This document shows, in pieces, positions 1 through 12,739 of a DNA stretch of 64,000 nt. The DNA is taken from the NCBI GenBank assembly GCA_000004985.1, contig GG738916.1. One strand, written 5' to 3'. The position numbers and the translations under genes were made by a program. The DNA is from Naegleria gruberi (lineage: Eukaryota). Within the stretch, counting starts at the first letter, position 1. The number at the start of each line of letters is the position of its first letter. The notes below the pieces were generated by a model. The model made no database searches. It saw only the letters and a program-made list of their open reading frames with translations, and had not been told where the DNA came from.

Positions 1-311
1 GAACCCAAACCCAAACCCAAACCCAAACCCAAACCCAAACCCAAACCCAAACCCAAACCCAAACCCAAACCCAAACCCAAACCCAAACCCAAACCCAAAC
101 CCAAACCCAAACCCAAACCCAAACCCAAACCCAAACCCAACCCAAACCCAAACCCAAACCCAAACCCAAACCCAAACCCAAACCCAAACCCAAACCCAAA
201 CCCAAACCCAAACCCAAACCCAAACCCAAAACCAACCAAACCCAAACCCAAACCCAAACCCAAACCCAAACCCAAACCCAAACCCAAACCCAAACCCAAA
301 CCCAAACCCAA
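1..311 (+). repeat. Telomere-type hexamer array (CCCAAA)n on top strand = (TTTGGG)n, about 50 units with a few variant units (CCCAA near 137-150, CCAAAACCAACCAAA near 225-240). Runs off the window start.
   Basis: Perfect 6-nt periodicity read directly. The C-rich strand is 5'-3' at the left edge, as expected for a left chromosome end. Confidence 0.9.
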
Positions 312-861
312 CTCAACTTTGAAATTTCAGACCCAACAGGGTAAAAATCTTTATGTTTTAAGCAGTGCCTTATAACTTTTTCTAGACTTTATATTTTTCA
401 AATATTTTTATGATTATAGTCAACTCATATGTGTATCTATCATATTTGAAATGATTGTGTTCCAAGTCATACTTATTACTAAGAAATGAAAAATAAAAGT
501 TAAACACTAGTTTTCAGAGTTGATTTTCTGAATAAGTACAGTGAATTAAAATTCCATTTCTTTTTTATTATATAGTGCACAACGTCTAGTATGATATTGG
601 TAAAAGTCAATTTTCAACAATTGGACAACTAAATTTGGGTAATGGATTTACCCTACAGTCTCCCAAACCCAAACCCATTTCATATCATAAGAATCAGAAA
701 TGGTACCATGGGAATGTAAATATTGATTTTACAAAGAGGTATTTAAAGATGGACAGGTCAGACAAAGTCTATCAAAAACATCACTTCAATCAACAAATTA
801 TACATGTAAATGCTCCATTCGATGTGTAGAGATTGAATATCAAGTTTATTTTAACTTTCAT

Positions 862-3800
862 NNNNNNNNNNNNNNNNNNNNNNNNNNNNNNNNNNNNNNN
901 NNNNNNNNNNNNNNNNNNNNNNNNNNNNNNNNNNNNNNNNNNNNNNNNNNNNNNNNNNNNNNNNNNNNNNNNNNNNNNNNNNNNNNNNNNNNNNNNNNNN
1001 NNNNNNNNNNNNNNNNNNNNNNNNNNNNNNNNNNNNNNNNNNNNNNNNNNNNNNNNNNNNNNNNNNNNNNNNNNNNNNNNNNNNNNNNNNNNNNNNNNNN
1101 NNNNNNNNNNNNNNNNNNNNNNNNNNNNNNNNNNNNNNNNNNNNNNNNNNNNNNNNNNNNNNNNNNNNNNNNNNNNNNNNNNNNNNNNNNNNNNNNNNNN
1201 NNNNNNNNNNNNNNNNNNNNNNNNNNNNNNNNNNNNNNNNNNNNNNNNNNNNNNNNNNNNNNNNNNNNNNNNNNNNNNNNNNNNNNNNNNNNNNNNNNNN
1301 NNNNNNNNNNNNNNNNNNNNNNNNNNNNNNNNNNNNNNNNNNNNNNNNNNNNNNNNNNNNNNNNNNNNNNNNNNNNNNNNNNNNNNNNNNNNNNNNNNNN
1401 NNNNNNNNNNNNNNNNNNNNNNNNNNNNNNNNNNNNNNNNNNNNNNNNNNNNNNNNNNNNNNNNNNNNNNNNNNNNNNNNNNNNNNNNNNNNNNNNNNNN
1501 NNNNNNNNNNNNNNNNNNNNNNNNNNNNNNNNNNNNNNNNNNNNNNNNNNNNNNNNNNNNNNNNNNNNNNNNNNNNNNNNNNNNNNNNNNNNNNNNNNNN
1601 NNNNNNNNNNNNNNNNNNNNNNNNNNNNNNNNNNNNNNNNNNNNNNNNNNNNNNNNNNNNNNNNNNNNNNNNNNNNNNNNNNNNNNNNNNNNNNNNNNNN
1701 NNNNNNNNNNNNNNNNNNNNNNNNNNNNNNNNNNNNNNNNNNNNNNNNNNNNNNNNNNNNNNNNNNNNNNNNNNNNNNNNNNNNNNNNNNNNNNNNNNNN
1801 NNNNNNNNNNNNNNNNNNNNNNNNNNNNNNNNNNNNNNNNNNNNNNNNNNNNNNNNNNNNNNNNNNNNNNNNNNNNNNNNNNNNNNNNNNNNNNNNNNNN
1901 NNNNNNNNNNNNNNNNNNNNNNNNNNNNNNNNNNNNNNNNNNNNNNNNNNNNNNNNNNNNNNNNNNNNNNNNNNNNNNNNNNNNNNNNNNNNNNNNNNNN
2001 NNNNNNNNNNNNNNNNNNNNNNNNNNNNNNNNNNNNNNNNNNNNNNNNNNNNNNNNNNNNNNNNNNNNNNNNNNNNNNNNNNNNNNNNNNNNNNNNNNNN
2101 NNNNNNNNNNNNNNNNNNNNNNNNNNNNNNNNNNNNNNNNNNNNNNNNNNNNNNNNNNNNNNNNNNNNNNNNNNNNNNNNNNNNNNNNNNNNNNNNNNNN
2201 NNNNNNNNNNNNNNNNNNNNNNNNNNNNNNNNNNNNNNNNNNNNNNNNNNNNNNNNNNNNNNNNNNNNNNNNNNNNNNNNNNNNNNNNNNNNNNNNNNNN
2301 NNNNNNNNNNNNNNNNNNNNNNNNNNNNNNNNNNNNNNNNNNNNNNNNNNNNNNNNNNNNNNNNNNNNNNNNNNNNNNNNNNNNNNNNNNNNNNNNNNNN
2401 NNNNNNNNNNNNNNNNNNNNNNNNNNNNNNNNNNNNNNNNNNNNNNNNNNNNNNNNNNNNNNNNNNNNNNNNNNNNNNNNNNNNNNNNNNNNNNNNNNNN
2501 NNNNNNNNNNNNNNNNNNNNNNNNNNNNNNNNNNNNNNNNNNNNNNNNNNNNNNNNNNNNNNNNNNNNNNNNNNNNNNNNNNNNNNNNNNNNNNNNNNNN
2601 NNNNNNNNNNNNNNNNNNNNNNNNNNNNNNNNNNNNNNNNNNNNNNNNNNNNNNNNNNNNNNNNNNNNNNNNNNNNNNNNNNNNNNNNNNNNNNNNNNNN
2701 NNNNNNNNNNNNNNNNNNNNNNNNNNNNNNNNNNNNNNNNNNNNNNNNNNNNNNNNNNNNNNNNNNNNNNNNNNNNNNNNNNNNNNNNNNNNNNNNNNNN
2801 NNNNNNNNNNNNNNNNNNNNNNNNNNNNNNNNNNNNNNNNNNNNNNNNNNNNNNNNNNNNNNNNNNNNNNNNNNNNNNNNNNNNNNNNNNNNNNNNNNNN
2901 NNNNNNNNNNNNNNNNNNNNNNNNNNNNNNNNNNNNNNNNNNNNNNNNNNNNNNNNNNNNNNNNNNNNNNNNNNNNNNNNNNNNNNNNNNNNNNNNNNNN
3001 NNNNNNNNNNNNNNNNNNNNNNNNNNNNNNNNNNNNNNNNNNNNNNNNNNNNNNNNNNNNNNNNNNNNNNNNNNNNNNNNNNNNNNNNNNNNNNNNNNNN
3101 NNNNNNNNNNNNNNNNNNNNNNNNNNNNNNNNNNNNNNNNNNNNNNNNNNNNNNNNNNNNNNNNNNNNNNNNNNNNNNNNNNNNNNNNNNNNNNNNNNNN
3201 NNNNNNNNNNNNNNNNNNNNNNNNNNNNNNNNNNNNNNNNNNNNNNNNNNNNNNNNNNNNNNNNNNNNNNNNNNNNNNNNNNNNNNNNNNNNNNNNNNNN
3301 NNNNNNNNNNNNNNNNNNNNNNNNNNNNNNNNNNNNNNNNNNNNNNNNNNNNNNNNNNNNNNNNNNNNNNNNNNNNNNNNNNNNNNNNNNNNNNNNNNNN
3401 NNNNNNNNNNNNNNNNNNNNNNNNNNNNNNNNNNNNNNNNNNNNNNNNNNNNNNNNNNNNNNNNNNNNNNNNNNNNNNNNNNNNNNNNNNNNNNNNNNNN
3501 NNNNNNNNNNNNNNNNNNNNNNNNNNNNNNNNNNNNNNNNNNNNNNNNNNNNNNNNNNNNNNNNNNNNNNNNNNNNNNNNNNNNNNNNNNNNNNNNNNNN
3601 NNNNNNNNNNNNNNNNNNNNNNNNNNNNNNNNNNNNNNNNNNNNNNNNNNNNNNNNNNNNNNNNNNNNNNNNNNNNNNNNNNNNNNNNNNNNNNNNNNNN
3701 NNNNNNNNNNNNNNNNNNNNNNNNNNNNNNNNNNNNNNNNNNNNNNNNNNNNNNNNNNNNNNNNNNNNNNNNNNNNNNNNNNNNNNNNNNNNNNNNNNNN

Positions 3801-4885
3801 NNNNNNNNNNNNNNNNNNNNNNNNNNNNNNNNNNNNNNNNNNNNNNNNNNNNNNNNNNNNNNNNNNNNNNNNNNNNNNNNNNNNNNNNNNNNNNNNNNNN
3901 NNNNNNNNNNNNNNNNNNNNNNNNNNNNNNNNNNNNNNNNNNNNNNNNNNNNNNNNNNNNNNNNNNNNNNNNNNNNNNNNNNNNNNNNNNNNNNNNNNNN
4001 NNNNNNNNNNNNNNNNNNNNNNNNNNNNNNNNNNNNNNNNNNNNNNNNNNNNNNNNNNNNNNNNNNNNNNNNNNNNNNNNNNNNNNNNNNNNNNNNNNNN
4101 NNNNNNNNNNNNNNNNNNNNNNNNNNNNNNNNNNNNNNNNNNNNNNNNNNNNNNNNNNNNNNNNNNNNNNNNNNNNNNNNNNNNNNNNNNNNNNNNNNNN
4201 NNNNNNNNNNNNNNNNNNNNNNNNNNNNNNNNNNNNNNNNNNNNNNNNNNNNNNNNNNNNNNNNNNNNNNNNNNNNNNNNNNNNNNNNNNNNNNNNNNNN
4301 NNNNNNNNNNNNNNNNNNNNNNNNNNNNNNNNNNNNNNNNNNNNNNNNNNNNNNNNNNNNNNNNNNNNNNNNNNNNNNNNNNNNNNNNNNNNNNNNNNNN
4401 NNNNNNNNNNNNNNNNNNNNNNNNNNNNNNNNNNNNNNNNNNNNNNNNNNNNNNNNNNNNNNNNNNNNNNNNNNNNNNNNNNNNNNNNNNNNNNNNNNNN
4501 NNNNNNNNNNNNNNNNNNNNNNNNNNNNNNNNNNNNNNNNNNNNNNNNNNNNNNNNNNNNNNNNNNNNNNNNNNNNNNNNNNNNNNNNNNNNNNNNNNNN
4601 NNNNNNNNNNNNNNNNNNNNNNNNNNNNNNNNNNNNNNNNNNNNNNNNNNNNNNNNNNNNNNNNNNNNNNNNNNNNNNNNNNNNNNNNNNNNNNNNNNNN
4701 NNNNNNNNNNNNNNNNNNNNNNNNNNNNNNNNNNNNNNNNNNNNNNNNNNNNNNNNNNNNNNNNNNNNNNNNNNNNNNNNNNNNNNNNNNNNNNNNNNNN
4801 NNNNNNNNNNNNNNNNNNNNNNNNNNNNNNNNNNNNNNNNNNNNNNNNNNNNNNNNNNNNNNNNNNNNNNNNNNNNNNNNNNNNN
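862..4885. other. N-run (4024 nt): assembly gap or masked sequence
   Basis: Continuous n characters. ORF-track 'proteins' consisting of X across it are artefacts. Confidence 0.95.
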
Positions 4886-6186
4886 TTGAGTTTGCTTCCT
4901 GTTTGATTTTCAGGAAACTTCTAGCTGCTCTCAAATCCAACACTAAAATTCCAGTATCTCCAATGATATTATAATATGCTTCATGCTTTTTGAATAGTTC
5001 TTCCTTATTAGAAACGTCACATCTCAAACTTCTTTGATATTCCCAATAAACTTCTCTAGCCAATGAACCAATGTAATAAGGAATACTGCCTGGAGTTTGA
5101 TCTTCCAAATTAGATCCCCAATCATCTCTAATTTCATGATCATCAAGAATCATTTGATTACTGACTTGACTCAAAATATTTCTAGTTGCAATATGATTCC
5201 AATTGAATCTGTGATACTTTCTGAACTCTTCCTTAATGAGTTCTTCTTCCTCTTCACTAACCTTATTTCTTGAATTGCAAATTTTCACTGCTTCATCAAA
5301 TGCATTATGTCCATAATCTAATAAATCATTAAATATGAATTTTGTCAATTAAGGAGTAAAATAACATACCAGCATATATTTGATCTCCAATATGAAGAAG
5401 AACATCTGTGTTATCAATTTGTTCATTCATTCTTTCCCAAGTATCTTTTTCAGGTTCTCTCTTTTCAATAAAATTGCAACTCACACAATTAATGGTCAAC
5501 TTGTGAGATGAATCTGGAATTTGAGCTAATTTTTCTTCATCAATCATTGTCTTGATAATTCCAACACGAGTTTCACTATTACAAATGTTAGTAAACTCAA
5601 CTCTATAAACAGTGTCAGGTTTCAATCCATCTAACTGAAATACGAAAGGAATATTCGATTTTTCAATGGAAACTGTTTTTTGGAAACAAATGCCTTGTTT
5701 CTTCATTTTCATGAGTGAATTATTCAATACTTTCGAATGAGCACTGTTAGATTTCTTCTTGAAAAACGAATCCTCAACACTGAAATGACTTCTCTCACAA
5801 ACTCCAAAAACTTCCATGTTTAAATGAATAGGTTTCGAACACTCGACCAAAATTCTTGCACTTCTACTTGTAACTGTACCAATTACAGGACCAACTGTCA
5901 TGAATGCATTGTCATGTAATTCAGAAATTGCTCTATTTTGATTTGTGGCAATATCATTAAATGGTTGACTTGGGATGGCTTCAAGAATAAGTTCAATACT
6001 TCCTGATTTAGCATCGATCAAAGGAAATGTTCTTCTTAATGACTTTCCAACCTTTAAATTTAATCCAAAAAATTGAAGCATTACAAATCCAAGAACTGTT
6101 GCAAATTAAAAATGTAAAATATGTAAATATTTAAAAACTTTACCTTCATCTTTCATGATGGAATTCTTATCCACTACTCTCACCAT
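4886..6186 (-). CDS. PhoD-like metallophosphatase (alkaline phosphatase D family), partial; both ends run into N-runs. Visible exons 4886..5317 and 5370..6095; a possible 5' exon 6144..6186 behind a 48-nt intron.
   Basis: Translation contains HIGDQIYA..DYGHNAFDE and ..MILDDHEIRDDWGS (GDxIY and DDHE motifs of PhoD-type phosphatases). One GT-AG intron (gtatgtt...ttattag, 52 nt, 5318-5369) restores the frame between the two ORF-track pieces. Confidence 0.7.
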
Positions 6187-9100
6187 NNNNNNNNNNNNNN
6201 NNNNNNNNNNNNNNNNNNNNNNNNNNNNNNNNNNNNNNNNNNNNNNNNNNNNNNNNNNNNNNNNNNNNNNNNNNNNNNNNNNNNNNNNNNNNNNNNNNNN
6301 NNNNNNNNNNNNNNNNNNNNNNNNNNNNNNNNNNNNNNNNNNNNNNNNNNNNNNNNNNNNNNNNNNNNNNNNNNNNNNNNNNNNNNNNNNNNNNNNNNNN
6401 NNNNNNNNNNNNNNNNNNNNNNNNNNNNNNNNNNNNNNNNNNNNNNNNNNNNNNNNNNNNNNNNNNNNNNNNNNNNNNNNNNNNNNNNNNNNNNNNNNNN
6501 NNNNNNNNNNNNNNNNNNNNNNNNNNNNNNNNNNNNNNNNNNNNNNNNNNNNNNNNNNNNNNNNNNNNNNNNNNNNNNNNNNNNNNNNNNNNNNNNNNNN
6601 NNNNNNNNNNNNNNNNNNNNNNNNNNNNNNNNNNNNNNNNNNNNNNNNNNNNNNNNNNNNNNNNNNNNNNNNNNNNNNNNNNNNNNNNNNNNNNNNNNNN
6701 NNNNNNNNNNNNNNNNNNNNNNNNNNNNNNNNNNNNNNNNNNNNNNNNNNNNNNNNNNNNNNNNNNNNNNNNNNNNNNNNNNNNNNNNNNNNNNNNNNNN
6801 NNNNNNNNNNNNNNNNNNNNNNNNNNNNNNNNNNNNNNNNNNNNNNNNNNNNNNNNNNNNNNNNNNNNNNNNNNNNNNNNNNNNNNNNNNNNNNNNNNNN
6901 NNNNNNNNNNNNNNNNNNNNNNNNNNNNNNNNNNNNNNNNNNNNNNNNNNNNNNNNNNNNNNNNNNNNNNNNNNNNNNNNNNNNNNNNNNNNNNNNNNNN
7001 NNNNNNNNNNNNNNNNNNNNNNNNNNNNNNNNNNNNNNNNNNNNNNNNNNNNNNNNNNNNNNNNNNNNNNNNNNNNNNNNNNNNNNNNNNNNNNNNNNNN
7101 NNNNNNNNNNNNNNNNNNNNNNNNNNNNNNNNNNNNNNNNNNNNNNNNNNNNNNNNNNNNNNNNNNNNNNNNNNNNNNNNNNNNNNNNNNNNNNNNNNNN
7201 NNNNNNNNNNNNNNNNNNNNNNNNNNNNNNNNNNNNNNNNNNNNNNNNNNNNNNNNNNNNNNNNNNNNNNNNNNNNNNNNNNNNNNNNNNNNNNNNNNNN
7301 NNNNNNNNNNNNNNNNNNNNNNNNNNNNNNNNNNNNNNNNNNNNNNNNNNNNNNNNNNNNNNNNNNNNNNNNNNNNNNNNNNNNNNNNNNNNNNNNNNNN
7401 NNNNNNNNNNNNNNNNNNNNNNNNNNNNNNNNNNNNNNNNNNNNNNNNNNNNNNNNNNNNNNNNNNNNNNNNNNNNNNNNNNNNNNNNNNNNNNNNNNNN
7501 NNNNNNNNNNNNNNNNNNNNNNNNNNNNNNNNNNNNNNNNNNNNNNNNNNNNNNNNNNNNNNNNNNNNNNNNNNNNNNNNNNNNNNNNNNNNNNNNNNNN
7601 NNNNNNNNNNNNNNNNNNNNNNNNNNNNNNNNNNNNNNNNNNNNNNNNNNNNNNNNNNNNNNNNNNNNNNNNNNNNNNNNNNNNNNNNNNNNNNNNNNNN
7701 NNNNNNNNNNNNNNNNNNNNNNNNNNNNNNNNNNNNNNNNNNNNNNNNNNNNNNNNNNNNNNNNNNNNNNNNNNNNNNNNNNNNNNNNNNNNNNNNNNNN
7801 NNNNNNNNNNNNNNNNNNNNNNNNNNNNNNNNNNNNNNNNNNNNNNNNNNNNNNNNNNNNNNNNNNNNNNNNNNNNNNNNNNNNNNNNNNNNNNNNNNNN
7901 NNNNNNNNNNNNNNNNNNNNNNNNNNNNNNNNNNNNNNNNNNNNNNNNNNNNNNNNNNNNNNNNNNNNNNNNNNNNNNNNNNNNNNNNNNNNNNNNNNNN
8001 NNNNNNNNNNNNNNNNNNNNNNNNNNNNNNNNNNNNNNNNNNNNNNNNNNNNNNNNNNNNNNNNNNNNNNNNNNNNNNNNNNNNNNNNNNNNNNNNNNNN
8101 NNNNNNNNNNNNNNNNNNNNNNNNNNNNNNNNNNNNNNNNNNNNNNNNNNNNNNNNNNNNNNNNNNNNNNNNNNNNNNNNNNNNNNNNNNNNNNNNNNNN
8201 NNNNNNNNNNNNNNNNNNNNNNNNNNNNNNNNNNNNNNNNNNNNNNNNNNNNNNNNNNNNNNNNNNNNNNNNNNNNNNNNNNNNNNNNNNNNNNNNNNNN
8301 NNNNNNNNNNNNNNNNNNNNNNNNNNNNNNNNNNNNNNNNNNNNNNNNNNNNNNNNNNNNNNNNNNNNNNNNNNNNNNNNNNNNNNNNNNNNNNNNNNNN
8401 NNNNNNNNNNNNNNNNNNNNNNNNNNNNNNNNNNNNNNNNNNNNNNNNNNNNNNNNNNNNNNNNNNNNNNNNNNNNNNNNNNNNNNNNNNNNNNNNNNNN
8501 NNNNNNNNNNNNNNNNNNNNNNNNNNNNNNNNNNNNNNNNNNNNNNNNNNNNNNNNNNNNNNNNNNNNNNNNNNNNNNNNNNNNNNNNNNNNNNNNNNNN
8601 NNNNNNNNNNNNNNNNNNNNNNNNNNNNNNNNNNNNNNNNNNNNNNNNNNNNNNNNNNNNNNNNNNNNNNNNNNNNNNNNNNNNNNNNNNNNNNNNNNNN
8701 NNNNNNNNNNNNNNNNNNNNNNNNNNNNNNNNNNNNNNNNNNNNNNNNNNNNNNNNNNNNNNNNNNNNNNNNNNNNNNNNNNNNNNNNNNNNNNNNNNNN
8801 NNNNNNNNNNNNNNNNNNNNNNNNNNNNNNNNNNNNNNNNNNNNNNNNNNNNNNNNNNNNNNNNNNNNNNNNNNNNNNNNNNNNNNNNNNNNNNNNNNNN
8901 NNNNNNNNNNNNNNNNNNNNNNNNNNNNNNNNNNNNNNNNNNNNNNNNNNNNNNNNNNNNNNNNNNNNNNNNNNNNNNNNNNNNNNNNNNNNNNNNNNNN
9001 NNNNNNNNNNNNNNNNNNNNNNNNNNNNNNNNNNNNNNNNNNNNNNNNNNNNNNNNNNNNNNNNNNNNNNNNNNNNNNNNNNNNNNNNNNNNNNNNNNNN

Positions 9101-9990
9101 NNNNNNNNNNNNNNNNNNNNNNNNNNNNNNNNNNNNNNNNNNNNNNNNNNNNNNNNNNNNNNNNNNNNNNNNNNNNNNNNNNNNNNNNNNNNNNNNNNNN
9201 NNNNNNNNNNNNNNNNNNNNNNNNNNNNNNNNNNNNNNNNNNNNNNNNNNNNNNNNNNNNNNNNNNNNNNNNNNNNNNNNNNNNNNNNNNNNNNNNNNNN
9301 NNNNNNNNNNNNNNNNNNNNNNNNNNNNNNNNNNNNNNNNNNNNNNNNNNNNNNNNNNNNNNNNNNNNNNNNNNNNNNNNNNNNNNNNNNNNNNNNNNNN
9401 NNNNNNNNNNNNNNNNNNNNNNNNNNNNNNNNNNNNNNNNNNNNNNNNNNNNNNNNNNNNNNNNNNNNNNNNNNNNNNNNNNNNNNNNNNNNNNNNNNNN
9501 NNNNNNNNNNNNNNNNNNNNNNNNNNNNNNNNNNNNNNNNNNNNNNNNNNNNNNNNNNNNNNNNNNNNNNNNNNNNNNNNNNNNNNNNNNNNNNNNNNNN
9601 NNNNNNNNNNNNNNNNNNNNNNNNNNNNNNNNNNNNNNNNNNNNNNNNNNNNNNNNNNNNNNNNNNNNNNNNNNNNNNNNNNNNNNNNNNNNNNNNNNNN
9701 NNNNNNNNNNNNNNNNNNNNNNNNNNNNNNNNNNNNNNNNNNNNNNNNNNNNNNNNNNNNNNNNNNNNNNNNNNNNNNNNNNNNNNNNNNNNNNNNNNNN
9801 NNNNNNNNNNNNNNNNNNNNNNNNNNNNNNNNNNNNNNNNNNNNNNNNNNNNNNNNNNNNNNNNNNNNNNNNNNNNNNNNNNNNNNNNNNNNNNNNNNNN
9901 NNNNNNNNNNNNNNNNNNNNNNNNNNNNNNNNNNNNNNNNNNNNNNNNNNNNNNNNNNNNNNNNNNNNNNNNNNNNNNNNNNNNNNNNNN
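6187..9990. other. N-run (3804 nt): assembly gap or masked sequence
   Basis: Continuous n characters. Confidence 0.95.
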
Positions 9991-10495
9991 TATTTTTCAA
10001 GCAAGGACGTACAGTAAATGAAAATTAAGGTCAATTCGGATAGATTTCGCATCGCTAAGAAAACCGTACATGTTTATGACTGTAGAGCTAATGGAGATGG
10101 ATTAATTTAGAAATTGGCGCCAACTTTTGAAATAATTTAAACATTGCAGGTATTACAGTTTAATTTTAACGGTCATCAATAGGTGTAAAACATATCCTTG
10201 TCGTGAAGCTGGAAGACTAGCGTCTTGTTAGCCAAGGAAATATTAAAGAATAAGTAGTTCAGTAGCCAGTTGTAAATTCTATTCGATTTTGTATTAATTC
10301 TTTACACTTGTCTGAAATTGCAACATTTCTGTTGATTTTATTGTGAACATGGAGCCCTTAAGAGGAATTTGGGAAATACCTTGATTTCTTTCATGTCACA
10401 TTTCAACACAATATGGCATCAAACAGTGAGGCATGAAATCCAGATTTTAAGCTGGTTGGACTCAATCCACACACCAACTAAAAAAACTTCAAAAC

Positions 10496-12739
10496 ATGCC
10501 AACAACATCAACTCCTCACAAACGATATTCCACCTCCTTGATTTCTACTGAACTATTTCTTCTAACGATTGCTTGTTTCATTATTCTTCTTTGCTTCACA
10601 TGCAATACAATTGCCAACACAACCAAGAGCTCTTCACAATATTCTTCCCGCCTTTTAACCAAGCAACACATCAGCAACAAGAATAAAAAATTACATCAAC
10701 AACAAGATATTGCACCACATGCTTCCTCCATCACACCACAGGAAGCGCTAGACCTTTCAGCACCACCACTCAAATGTTTNNNNNNNNNNNNNNNNNNNNN
10801 NNNNNNNNNNNNNNNNNNNNNNNNNNNNNGTGTTTACGTGTATGGAAGATTGGTATTTTCTACTTCGTCCAAAGTTGTTGTCTTCAATTCAGCCCAAGCA
10901 ATTCTTCTCACCCAACAAGAACTCGAGGAGTTTACCATTGTGAATGTTCGAGATTTGCTGCTGAATATTGTTTCATTGGATAAGAGTCAGGTATTATCTG
11001 CCGTTCAATCACTAAAGAAGAAATTGAACAAGGCAGATGTGGACGATTATGTCCATCTATCCAGTTCCTACTTGGCAACCTCTCGTAGACAACAACCCAA
11101 GCGACCAACATCATTGGAAGAGGATGATTTGGTTGTATCCATCTCTGAAGGTTTATTGAACATGTCCATTCCTCTCTTGGACCAAGTTAGAACCAATACA
11201 ATCAATGATACCAATGTGTTGAGAGGTGTTGCTAGTGATATTCTCAACTGTTCATCCATATTGTTGGGTTCTGGTTTGAGTGTGAATGCTAGTGCAATAA
11301 GAAGAAATTCACACAACTCTAATATTAGGAATACCATCTATTCATCAGCATCATTGCTCTCACTTATTAGAGCACTCGAATCAACAACAACAACAATCAA
11401 GGTAGAAAATAGTGCTTTCAATTTAATTGTTTCTCATCAGCCAGACATGCAACTTGGTGAGACTCAAGTCCAAGTGCCATCATCTCTTCTCTCCAGTGAC
11501 AATATTGATTTCACACTCGTTACCTATTCTAGTGGGATCGACTTTGAATTGCTACCAGATAGTAATACCACTGGTTTACGTTCTGCTGCCAATATTGTAG
11601 AGCTGAGAAGATTAGTTGATGGTGAATATGATCCTCTTAGTGAGTTACAAAATCCAATAATACTCTCCTTTCCATTTTTCAACAACCTTACAATATTTAA
11701 CAGCAATTTTACACAAAATTTCACTTGCCGATACTATAATACAACAACCAGTGGATGGAGGACAAATGGATGTAAATTGGTCGGCAAGGATGACAAGTTT
11801 ATTACTTGCTCTTGTGATCATACAACAAGCTTTTCAGCATTTGTGGAATATTATCCAATAACAACAGATCCAACAACAGATCCCAACAATCCTACAAACT
11901 CAACAAGTCCTACCAACAAGAACACTGCTCTCAAGGCATTGGATAGTGGTCTGGTCATTTTCAAGATTGTCATTTCTGGTATTCTACTTTTGCTGATAGT
12001 ATCTGTAATGGTTGGTCTTATCATTTTCAGAAAGATGCAACCTGTGAAAAGCAGATACATCTTCCCATTTGTTGGATTGATTGCCCTGTTTGTTGATTTG
12101 GCATTTACTGGTATTGCTTCTAAAGCAGCTACTATTAATGTGCCACTCGATGAGCTAGTCTCTAGCAATAACACTCCAAACATTATCAATAGTATTAGCT
12201 TGGTTGTAACAACAAGTTTGACTGCTGTGGCTATTTGCTCTTACATGGTAGTGTGTATTAGATATATAATGTACAGATACTACTATCAGTGGATGTCGGC
12301 AGTAATTTCTCAAAAGTTAGAAAAGGCAACTAGTAGAGGAATTCGTCTTTTCAAGAATAATACCATCCTATTGGTGTCTGTATTTGCATTGGGTATTTCT
12401 ATTATTGCTTACTTTGTTATGCTTGTTATTTTGAGAAGAACTGACCAAATGAATGCAAAACAATTCTCCTATTCCTCATCAATTTCTCACTTTTTGATCA
12501 TGATAAGCTTCTTGATAGTGATTGGTATTGTTTATATGATTGATTTGATAATGGATTTCAGAACCAGACAAATTTCTGATGAGTTGCACGACATTTCCAA
12601 TGAAATTAATTCTACACAACAAAACACTAAAGGAACAATGGTGACCACTTTTAAGAAGGAAAATACTGCTTTTGTTGCATCTGCCAAATTGAAGCAATTA
12701 TTTGGAAAGAATAGTGCTCCATCTAAAATCTATCACTAA
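10496..12739 (+). CDS. GPS-motif (GAIN-type) multipass membrane receptor, adhesion-GPCR-like; contains a 50-nt N gap at 10780-10829.
   Basis: CRYYNTTTSGWRTNGCKLVGKDDKFITCSCDHTTSFSAFV fits the GPS pattern C-x-C-x-H-x-T-x-F-A-V. It is followed immediately by several long hydrophobic helices (LVIFKIVISGILLLLIVSVMVGLIIF, IFPFVGLIALFVDLAFTGIA, ...). N-terminal signal/anchor, with an N/S/T-rich ectodomain. Confidence 0.6.
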   Translation: MPTTSTPHKRYSTSLISTELFLLTIACFIILLCFTCNTIANTTKSSSQYSSRLLTKQHISNKNKKLHQQQDIAPHASSITPQEALDLSAPPLKCXXXXXXXXXXXXXXXXXXVYVYGRLVFSTSSKVVVFNSAQAILLTQQELEEFTIVNVRDLLLNIVSLDKSQVLSAVQSLKKKLNKADVDDYVHLSSSYLATSRRQQPKRPTSLEEDDLVVSISEGLLNMSIPLLDQVRTNTINDTNVLRGVASDILNCSSILLGSGLSVNASAIRRNSHNSNIRNTIYSSASLLSLIRALESTTTTIKVENSAFNLIVSHQPDMQLGETQVQVPSSLLSSDNIDFTLVTYSSGIDFELLPDSNTTGLRSAANIVELRRLVDGEYDPLSELQNPIILSFPFFNNLTIFNSNFTQNFTCRYYNTTTSGWRTNGCKLVGKDDKFITCSCDHTTSFSAFVEYYPITTDPTTDPNNPTNSTSPTNKNTALKALDSGLVIFKIVISGILLLLIVSVMVGLIIFRKMQPVKSRYIFPFVGLIALFVDLAFTGIASKAATINVPLDELVSSNNTPNIINSISLVVTTSLTAVAICSYMVVCIRYIMYRYYYQWMSAVISQKLEKATSRGIRLFKNNTILLVSVFALGISIIAYFVMLVILRRTDQMNAKQFSYSSSISHFLIMISFLIVIGIVYMIDLIMDFRTRQISDELHDISNEINSTQQNTKGTMVTTFKKENTAFVASAKLKQLFGKNSAPSKIYH

